This document shows, piece by piece, positions 57,738 to 64,000 of a DNA stretch of 64,000 nucleotides; the first letter of the stretch is position 1, and every line of letters begins with the position of its first letter. This stretch comes from Silvanigrellaceae bacterium. GTDB taxonomy: Bacteria > Bdellovibrionota_B > Oligoflexia > Silvanigrellales > Silvanigrellaceae. The notes beneath the pieces were generated by a model. The model saw only the letters and a program-made list of their open reading frames with translations, did no database searches and had not been told where the DNA came from. A program made the position numbers and the translations under genes. The DNA lies in NCBI GenBank assembly GCA_049423385.1, contig JBMSQQ010000002.1, positions 5,601 through 69,600 of the forward strand, read 5' to 3'.

Positions 57738-58466
57738 TTAAAACGGAGCTGGCGAAAAATTCGCCGGCTTTATTATTTCTTCTGTCTTGCCAGGGGGAGT
57801 CCAAAACAATTGCAGAGCAATTTCAGTGGCAGGACCCTGGAAGTATTGAATGCGCAGATCATGGGAGCCAGCGTTGAGATTCGCACCACCCTGTTTGGAC
57901 GATGGAGAATGTTGGCCGTCGTGGTTGATGATCATATTGCCGTCGATGAACAATATGGCTCCATCGTCGCTGAGGAGTCTAAAGTTGTATTGGCCAGCGG
58001 TGCCGACAATCAGTTTGGCACGGGCATCAAGAGCGAACCACTCAAACAGATTCGGAACTCCGGGAAATCCATTGGTGAAGTCGCGCACCGGAACGTCGAA
58101 ATGGGTCATGCAGATTTTGGTCGCATAGGTGCCATTGGCAAATTCCTTGGCCAGACTCTCAGCGCCACTCTTCAGTTTGTAGACTTTTGCAGTGATCGGC
58201 TGCGTTGCACTTGCAACTTCATTTTCCTTGCATGTCTGAAAAGGATCTCCAGGATTTGATGTTGGAGGTGGCGTTGCGTTTGCAGTCGCGTTGACGGTTG
58301 GCGATGGTGTCGCTGTCGCGACGGCTTTTGCCACTGCTTCTTGGTTGGCATTGGCTTTTGGTGTGGAAGTTTTTGAAGTGGGTCTTTCGTAGTTTGCCGT
58401 GTAATCGCCAGAGTCCGTGCACGCACTGAACATGGCAAAAGACGTCAAAAATAAAATTCTGAACAT
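57738..58466 (-). CDS. PA14-domain lipoprotein
   Basis: ATG at 58466. MFRILFLTSFAMFSAC lipobox. PA14 signature GQYNFRLLSDDGAILFIDGNMIINHDGQHSP...AGSHDLRIQYFQGP. Confidence 0.7.
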   Translation of the reverse strand: MFRILFLTSFAMFSACTDSGDYTANYERPTSKTSTPKANANQEAVAKAVATATPSPTVNATANATPPPTSNPGDPFQTCKENEVASATQPITAKVYKLKSGAESLAKEFANGTYATKICMTHFDVPVRDFTNGFPGVPNLFEWFALDARAKLIVGTAGQYNFRLLSDDGAILFIDGNMIINHDGQHSPSSKQGGANLNAGSHDLRIQYFQGPATEIALQLFWTPPGKTEEIIKPANFSPAPF

Positions 58467-58630
58467 GATTCCGCACATCCTTCCGACCAACATATTTATT
58501 GCTTATCGGCAAATCGGAAGAATGAGTTGAGGTTTTGATGCAATATCCCGGAATAAATTTAAAAATTTTGTCCAAAAAACCGCACGAGACGTCATTGAAA
58601 GCCTCAAAGACAGCGGGAGGGAATCTTGTT

Positions 58631-58987
58631 TCATTGCGAATAGAACCAGACAAAAAGTCCCGACAATGCAAACAGAAGTGTCGCAATGTAAAACAGGATA
58701 CTTCCAAACTTTTTGCTTCGACGGCACGCTTCAGCCAGCACAGGATCGCTCGGGCAGGTTTGTGCTTCAGGCCGAGAGCGGGCATAACCGGCGGCCGCGA
58801 GCATCAGGGCTGCGACTGAAAAAACAGCCAGTTTGTGTTCACTCATAAATGTGAGCTGAGGAAATGTTGAAATTATTCCTGCCAAAGTTGCACCAAAGCC
58901 CATGGTGACCAGTAATGCAGGAATCACGCAACAAACAAGAGTGCTTGAACTGGCGAGCAAAGCCACACTTCCCCACAAGCGGCTCAT
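58631..58987 (-). CDS. MerT-like heavy-metal transport membrane protein
   Basis: 118 aa with three hydrophobic segments. A vicinal Cys pair sits in TM1 (SSSTLVCCVIPALLVTMGFG), and a second Cys pair in the loop (AQTCPSDPVLAEAC). The arrangement is the same as in MerT. The start overlaps the upstream stop (ATGA). Confidence 0.5.
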   Translation of the reverse strand: MSRLWGSVALLASSSTLVCCVIPALLVTMGFGATLAGIISTFPQLTFMSEHKLAVFSVAALMLAAAGYARSRPEAQTCPSDPVLAEACRRSKKFGSILFYIATLLFALSGLFVWFYSQ

Positions 58988-59286
58988 TGTTTTTCCCTTT
59001 CCAGTTTGACAACGGTATAACCCGATTCGGTGATAATTTTCTTGATGACTTCGTCATCGAGTTTTTTCCCCGCAGGAATGTTGAACGTGACCAGTTTTTT
59101 GTCGAGATCGACCTTAACGTTTTCAACCGCGTCGGTGCTGTTCAATTTTTTGGTGATGCCTTGAACGCAGAAACCGCAAACCATTCCGTTGACACTGATC
59201 TTGATTGCATCTGCCATTGCAATTGTGCTCATCATTCCTCCCAAGACGACAAAGCTCCTGAAGAAGATTTTCAAACTGTTTTTCAT
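58984..59286 (-). CDS. Periplasmic heavy-metal-associated (HMA, MerP/CopZ-like) protein
   Basis: The ATG at 59286 follows AAGGAA. Signal peptide MKNSLKIFFRSFVVLGGMMSTIAMA. Metal-binding loop VNGMVCGFCVQGITKKL (GMxCxxC). Confidence 0.75.
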   Translation of the reverse strand: MKNSLKIFFRSFVVLGGMMSTIAMADAIKISVNGMVCGFCVQGITKKLNSTDAVENVKVDLDKKLVTFNIPAGKKLDDEVIKKIITESGYTVVKLEREKQ

Positions 59287-59297
59287 GCAAATTCCTT

Positions 59298-60014
59298 TCA
59301 ATCAAAAAAGTGGAACATATAGTTTATTGAGAATTTTCCGCCCAAACTGTTGCCTAACTCAACAAGTGCGTTGCGATAAAAGAGTCTGACATAGGGCGTT
59401 ATTTCGTGTGTGACTGTGTTCTGCGACGAAAGTCGTTGCGGAACCCATTCAACGATGCCCCAGATTGTCAGTTCATCGTTTTGCGCCTTGTAGGGCGCAT
59501 ATCCCAGTCTGAATTTTCCCTGGTCGTAAAACTCATCATGTTGATTATAGGTGCGCATCAACATGGCATTGGAATAAAATTCACGATCTTCACCGTCCAA
59601 GCCAATCCGCCATTGGTAAAGAGTCGAGTTCTTTGAGGCAAAGGTCGCAGCAGCGTGGTCCAAAGAATCATCTTTGTCGCGAGTCCACTGTTGGCCAAGT
59701 CCGGCACCAATGAAAAAGTTGCTCTGAAAGTCGGGAAAATTGCCACGCCAACCAAGCAAGCTCGAATTGAACATAAGCTGGCTATGCCTTGAGCTGCGTT
59801 GAGCCGAGAGCCCCAAACCCAAGCGTGAAGATGGTGAATGAACAACTTCCAGCTCAGCAATGTCTGCATGCTGATGTATCATGACGGCAGTTCCACCGGC
59901 AAAAACCACCGGGTGAGCGTGGGATACACGCGGAAAAAGTGCCAACACGAGGAGCGCAGTTGGCAGGGCGCGACGGCCGCTCTTGCAAAAATCTTGTTGT
60001 CCCACGATGTTCAT
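59298..60014 (-). CDS. Secreted protein, possibly a small outer-membrane beta-barrel
   Basis: Signal peptide ALPTALLVLALFPRVSHA. Alternating-hydrophobic, aromatic-rich sequence ending ...KFSINYMFHFFD. No family recognised. Confidence 0.4.
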   Translation of the reverse strand: MNIVGQQDFCKSGRRALPTALLVLALFPRVSHAHPVVFAGGTAVMIHQHADIAELEVVHSPSSRLGLGLSAQRSSRHSQLMFNSSLLGWRGNFPDFQSNFFIGAGLGQQWTRDKDDSLDHAAATFASKNSTLYQWRIGLDGEDREFYSNAMLMRTYNQHDEFYDQGKFRLGYAPYKAQNDELTIWGIVEWVPQRLSSQNTVTHEITPYVRLFYRNALVELGNSLGGKFSINYMFHFFD

Positions 60015-60134
60015 CGGCGGTACCTCTGATAGTCTCTGATCATGTTTACGGGTGTCACCCTCGAAGTGTGACAGGATTGACTTGGTTTTTTTTAAGAGAC
60101 CGTAATTATAGTACTAATTGATACCTGCCAGGGC

Positions 60135-60722
60135 GTGCTCATGGGACAAAATGACACCGATGAATCGTTGCTCGAGCGCTATGCCCTTGGCGAAGCCGGG
60201 GCGTTCGAGCAATTTTTTCTACGACACCGGAGCAAGGTTTATTATTACGCCCTCAAAAGACTTCATCGTCCTGAACTGGCGGGCGAGGTTCTGCAGGATA
60301 TTTTTTTGAAGCTGCATGCACGGATTCATCAATACCGCATTGGCGAGCCAGCACTTCCCTGGTTTTTCACAATTGTTCATCATGCCTGCATCGATGCGCA
60401 TCGAAAATATCAGTCAAGCATGCGCGTGCAGCAGTCGATTGAGTTTCAACAAGGAATTGAAACTGCAACAGGACAGAACGCGATTGGTCGCGGTCAGCAA
60501 ACGGACTTTGACGTGGATTCTGAGTTGGGACAATCACTTTCCCAACTGCCGGCAGACCAGCGTGAATTGGTCGCCAAGCGTGTGGTTGAAGGACAAAGTT
60601 TCAAGTCCATCGCGCAAGAGACAGGGAAAAGCGAAGTGGCCCTGAGAAAGTCGTACAGTCGGGCCATCGACAAACTCAGGCAATGGTTCCTTTCGGATTC
60701 AAGCAGGGAGGGTGATGAATGA
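60135..60722 (+). CDS. ECF-type sigma-70 family sigma factor
   Basis: Region 2: FEQFFLRHRSKVYYYALKRL...AGEVLQDIFLKLHARIHQY...WFFTIVHHACIDAHRK. Region 4: LPADQRELVAKRVVEGQSFKSIAQETGKSEVALRKSYSRAIDKLRQ. Confidence 0.85.
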   Translation: MLMGQNDTDESLLERYALGEAGAFEQFFLRHRSKVYYYALKRLHRPELAGEVLQDIFLKLHARIHQYRIGEPALPWFFTIVHHACIDAHRKYQSSMRVQQSIEFQQGIETATGQNAIGRGQQTDFDVDSELGQSLSQLPADQRELVAKRVVEGQSFKSIAQETGKSEVALRKSYSRAIDKLRQWFLSDSSREGDE

Positions 60723-61345
60723 CCGGCTCGCAAGATCAGGCCAAACAGACCGTTGAAAATGAGTCAATTGCCAATGCGGCATCCGCTGAGCTGATGGAAT
60801 TCAATTCTACAAGCGGAGAGTTACCCGCAAGTGTTGAGGTACAGCTTGCAAAAACAAGATTGTCAATCAGCAGTGAGCTTGAAGCGTCGCGCCGCAAGTT
60901 TCTGGTGTCTTATTTGTTGTTTTCTGCGCTAGGTTATTTTTTATCACTTTCACTTTGTTCCCAGAACTCGATTGCATTGACCAAATTTTCAATCAATGTG
61001 GCAGCGATTCTGCACCAACTTCCTGATCCGCTCTGCCCAATCGTTTGTGGCGTGTTTTTTTCTTTTTTGCCGATGGTGAGCGTTTTTCTTTTTCTCGATC
61101 GGTTTCAGCTCAGGCGCATGGTGGTTGCATATTGGTGGCTGCCGGCACTCACTACCTTTTTGAGTTGTTTGGTGATGTCATTGCTGCCCGAGTCGTTGCA
61201 GCATGATGGGATGCACATGAATCATTCCGGAATGCGTGACACCCGTTCCGATGTGGTTTGGTTGATCTGGTGGACGATCGCTGCGGTTGCGATTCCTGCG
61301 CTCATTGCGGTGTTTGCAAAGAGCAGACTAAGAATTGATCGATGA
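60719..61345 (+). CDS. Multi-pass membrane protein coupled to the ECF sigma factor (candidate anti-sigma/sensor) with a His/Met-rich loop
   Basis: 4-nt overlap (ATGA) with the sigma gene. A soluble N-terminal ~55 aa is followed by ~4 hydrophobic segments. The loop is SLQHDGMHMNHSGMRD. No canonical zinc-binding anti-sigma (ZAS, HxxxCxxC) motif. Confidence 0.45.
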   Translation: MTGSQDQAKQTVENESIANAASAELMEFNSTSGELPASVEVQLAKTRLSISSELEASRRKFLVSYLLFSALGYFLSLSLCSQNSIALTKFSINVAAILHQLPDPLCPIVCGVFFSFLPMVSVFLFLDRFQLRRMVVAYWWLPALTTFLSCLVMSLLPESLQHDGMHMNHSGMRDTRSDVVWLIWWTIAAVAIPALIAVFAKSRLRIDR

Positions 61346-61501
61346 GGGATTCTGGAAGTGCTTTTTGGGGCTTGGATTCACGTGTTTGAGTCAGGCAGCG
61401 GATAAACGGGTTGGATCGCAACCCAAGGTGCCTGAAAATTTTAGTTGATTTCAAGTGATGACAAAGTCTACTGGGATGTGACGTTTGTCGGGTGATCTTT
61501 T

Positions 61502-62524
61502 TCAGTTTCGGGACTCGAGGAAAAACAGCTCCATTTCGCCTTTGCCTTTAACGTCTCTTTTTCCACGCGATATGAGGTTGAATTCATCGCGGTTGAGAAA
61601 TTCATGAGTGGCTATCGAGACGTTGATTTTCATAGGCTCAGAGAGAGTCTGCATCCGGCTTGCTGTGTTGATGGCGTCTCCAAAAACGTCGTAAATATAC
61701 TTTTTGATTCCAACAACACCGCCAATGACAGAACCTGTGTGGATACCAACCCTGCAGTGCCATTGAATTGGATTCCGGGAATTTCTCGACTCGAGGTATC
61801 TGACAATTTCTATTGAGAGTCTGGCGATATTTTCTGCGTGTAGAGGATTCGGAACGGGCAAACCACAAACAGCAAGGTATGAATCACCAATCGTTTTGAT
61901 TCGCTCGCAATTGTGAACCGACGCAATGTCATCGAAGCGGGTGTAAATTTCGTTCAGCTCTGAAAACAACAATGAAGGATCCCGAATCACATCCATCTGA
62001 GTGAAATTTACGAAATCAACAAACATTATTGTGACATCTTGAAACGTCTGCGGTGTCGTTGTGCCGTTTTCGCGCAATTCGTCCATGACCTTTTGCGGCA
62101 AAATGTTGAGCAGGAGCTCTTCATTTTTTTTGTTTATCGACTCGATTTCTTGCATTTGTTTTTGAATGAGATTGACATAATTTTCAAGAATGGTTTCCTG
62201 TTCCCTGACCCTTGAAATATCTGCGCATTCAACAATCAGGTGGTTCGGGAATTCTTCGCTTTGAATCTTTCTCACCGAAACCGACAAATACCGTGATCGA
62301 ACCGATTCCAGTTCCCTGATGGAACACTCCTGGTTGTATGTTTTGCCGCGGGCAACCCTGTTCAAAAGAGGGTCGGTATTCAAACTTGGAAACAAAGAAA
62401 AAATTGATTGTCCATGAACGTCACCCAGCCACTGAATTGCAGCATTGTTCATGTATTCCACTTTGTGAAGGCTATCATCAATCAACAGTATTGCGAAACC
62501 AATATGTTCAATGATGGCTTTCAT
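61502..62524 (-). CDS. PAS domain + class III adenylate cyclase
   Basis: N-terminal PAS-like GFAILLIDDSLHKVEYMNNAAIQWLG, then a coiled-coil linker. Cyclase motifs VTIMFVDFVNFT, ERIKTIGDSYLAVCGLP, RVGIHTGSVIGGVVG and DVFGDAINTASRMQT. Confidence 0.85.
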   Translation of the reverse strand: MKAIIEHIGFAILLIDDSLHKVEYMNNAAIQWLGDVHGQSIFSLFPSLNTDPLLNRVARGKTYNQECSIRELESVRSRYLSVSVRKIQSEEFPNHLIVECADISRVREQETILENYVNLIQKQMQEIESINKKNEELLLNILPQKVMDELRENGTTTPQTFQDVTIMFVDFVNFTQMDVIRDPSLLFSELNEIYTRFDDIASVHNCERIKTIGDSYLAVCGLPVPNPLHAENIARLSIEIVRYLESRNSRNPIQWHCRVGIHTGSVIGGVVGIKKYIYDVFGDAINTASRMQTLSEPMKINVSIATHEFLNRDEFNLISRGKRDVKGKGEMELFFLESRN

Positions 62525-62557
62525 TCAACCAAACCTCTGTGCCGGGGCAAGTTTATT

Positions 62558-62917
62558 TCACTTCGTCACAATTTGATCTGCATAACCAGCAACAATGCCA
62601 AGAATAGCTGCAACATCGGAGTGGTCTACCCCTGCGTCAACAAGGTTTTCTCTGAGAATTGTCGCGACTTCGTCAAAGTCTGCTTGGGATATGCCCAGTT
62701 GTCGATGAGCTTCTGCCATGTTTCGACCTGAGTAAACATTTTGCCCTCCCATGAGATGACAAAACAAGTTGGTCTGGTGTTCCATCAGTCGGGTCATGTC
62801 GACGCTTACAAAAAATCGTCGCAGATTGGGGCTTTCCAAAACATCCGAATAGAAATTTCCGACGATCTGCCGCACTGTGGCAATGCCTCCGTATTTTTGC
62901 AAAAGTGTCTCTGTCAT
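62558..62917 (-). CDS. glbN: Group I truncated haemoglobin (2-on-2 globin)
   Basis: ATG at 62917. MTETLLQKYGGIATVRQIVGNFYSDVLESPNLRRFFVSVDMTRLMEHQTNLFCHLMGGQNVYSGRNMAEAHRQLGISQADFDEV matches the trHbN pattern (YGG, FY, proximal His in AH). Confidence 0.82.
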   Translation of the reverse strand: MTETLLQKYGGIATVRQIVGNFYSDVLESPNLRRFFVSVDMTRLMEHQTNLFCHLMGGQNVYSGRNMAEAHRQLGISQADFDEVATILRENLVDAGVDHSDVAAILGIVAGYADQIVTK

Positions 62918-63251
62918 TTCAAACCTCGGTTGTTTCTTTATAAAATAAGCAATATTTCGGAATAATACAGTCTGGTTTGTTTTTTTTTTTTGAATTGGAG
63001 CGACTCTACCTTTTTGCAATCATTTTTTTTAAGGGTGATTTTCTGATCAGCGTGCAAGTGCAATAAATTAGGGCAGAGATGAACGCTCAAGTAGATTTCA
63101 GGCTCATTATTCGTGAGGTTTGTCCAAGGCAATGTGCTTTTACGCGCAAGTGGTACAGTCGTGGGTTGCCGACAAAGAGCGAGGGGTGATCGTTTGAGAT
63201 CAACTCAAATATGCTTCAATTGATTCCAGGCTGCAAGTCTGTCTTGAAATC

Positions 63252-64000
63252 TTAATTTGAATCGGAGGGAGAACCCGAATCTGATCTTTTTGAGAAAACA
63301 TTCAATTCGCTTGCGAATCCCATCAGCAAAGAATCACCGTATATGGAAGAGCAGGATTCCAGAGTGACTTTGTGATAGTCGGCTGTTGTCAAATGATATG
63401 CAGTGTATTCATTCGCCAGAGAAAATATTTTGATTCCGTTCCGCTCTGGAAATGATTCCTGCAGTTCGCCAGCAATTTGTTTGCTGGCGGCAGTCGTCCA
63501 TTCGCCAGGCAGCATCAGTTGGACGGTTTCATTCAGATTCCAAATCGAGAAGGGAGCTTTTTTCGGTAGTTCTTGCAGCACAGGGAGTGACACCACGGGC
63601 TTGGCCCATTCGGCGGAACAGGCTTTCCAGTTCACCGATGGCTCAGGGAGCGCCAGGTAGCCACCCACAACTGAAGTGTTGAGGCTTACGGTTGTTGTTT
63701 TTCCTCCGGAGAGGAGAGATTCTCCGAACCGCTGCGCCCAGGCTTCCGGTTCGTCATCGCCCATGTTTGCATCCATGTTTCCAACCGATGTTTGCATCAG
63801 AAAAACTTCTTGAGAACCTGTGAGATTTTGAAGTGTTGCTTCCAGTGGCGTGACGAGATCTGCCGAGAGGGTTAATTTCTCTGAGCCGTACCAGGTTGGA
63901 TGAACGGCCATTTGCAAAAGTGAAAGAGGAATGTTCGCGTTGGCGGTTTTGAAGGAAATCAGACTGACCTCTGTTGAAGCTTCCATTCCTGCGAAACGAC
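63252..64000 (-). CDS. Partial CDS (N-terminus lies off the window): neutral/alkaline ceramidase-like hydrolase
   Basis: The reading frame stays open upstream of the listed Met (..RFAG-MEAST..) to the window edge. MLPGEWTTAASKQIAGEL and SLANEYTAYHLTTADYHKVTLESCSSIYG resemble the PGEFTTMAGRRL and NxYxGYxTTxEEYxxQxYEGxST motifs of neutral ceramidases, recalled from memory. Confidence 0.45.
   Translation of the reverse strand, partial: RFAGMEASTEVSLISFKTANANIPLSLLQMAVHPTWYGSEKLTLSADLVTPLEATLQNLTGSQEVFLMQTSVGNMDANMGDDEPEAWAQRFGESLLSGGKTTTVSLNTSVVGGYLALPEPSVNWKACSAEWAKPVVSLPVLQELPKKAPFSIWNLNETVQLMLPGEWTTAASKQIAGELQESFPERNGIKIFSLANEYTAYHLTTADYHKVTLESCSSIYGDSLLMGFASELNVFSKRSDSGSPSDSN

Noticed and set aside
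58631-59286. Calling the MerP-like/MerT-like pair a mercury-resistance (mer) operon
   Set aside because: There is no merA, merR, merB or merD in the window, and the gene order is reversed relative to classical mer operons. The HMA CxxC motif is equally compatible with Cu/Ag handling. I therefore report them only as MerP-like and MerT-like.
63079-63189. 36-codon ORF (MNAQVDFRLIIREVCPRQCAFTRKWYSRGLPTKSEG) in the 334-nt intergenic region upstream of the globin gene
   Set aside because: It has no convincing Shine-Dalgarno spacing and no recognisable family, and it runs opposite to the neighbouring genes. There is insufficient evidence without conservation or Ribo-seq data.
1-64000. A scan for CRISPR arrays, IS elements, integrases, prophage genes, toxin-antitoxin pairs, restriction-modification systems or other known defence systems
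   Set aside because: I saw no spaced direct repeats, no transposase, integrase or recombinase motifs, and no nuclease/helicase/methyltransferase gene pairs typical of defence islands. The window is core-like throughout.

Overview
This window reads as a dense stretch of core chromosome from a Gram-negative (diderm) bacterium. I found about 53 protein-coding genes on both strands and one disrupted gene. By eye there are no rRNA or tRNA genes, CRISPR arrays, transposases, integrases or phage genes. All family calls come from motif recognition in the supplied translations, with no database search.

Housekeeping anchors:
- the rpsU-dnaG-rpoD macromolecular-synthesis operon (8.6-13.9 kb)
- folB and rocD
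- rho-pheS-pheT (18.6-24.6 kb)
- speD
- a type III glutamine synthetase
- lon
- ubiG
- a TatD-family hydrolase gene
- tsaC
- a partial complex I cluster, nuoCD-E-F-G-I (52.0-57.7 kb)

Between these sit signalling and envelope modules, which are the more unusual content:
1. A FIST sensor, hybrid histidine kinase, broken single-domain receiver and HisKA-REC-adenylate cyclase operon (1.7-6.5 kb).
2. Three translationally coupled FHA-domain genes that tie cytoplasmic FHA modules to a periplasmic lytic transglycosylase (34.1-37.6 kb). No Ser/Thr kinase or phosphatase is present in the window.
3. A tightly packed PAS-kinase, LysR regulator and secreted zinc metalloprotease operon (38.4-42.4 kb).
4. 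An ECF sigma factor and a His/Met-rich membrane protein, divergent from a barrel-like protein, a MerP-like protein and a MerT-like protein (58.6-61.3 kb).
5. A truncated haemoglobin gene immediately upstream of a PAS-adenylate cyclase (61.5-62.9 kb).

RpoD, Rho and Lon all carry long low-complexity extensions or insertions. There are many lipoproteins and secreted hydrolases: a class 3 lipase, an L,D-transpeptidase, a CHAP/NlpC-like SH3 protein, a PA14 protein and a ceramidase-like protein. This gene content is reminiscent of Bdellovibrionota or Myxococcota-type lineages, but that is a low-confidence impression only.
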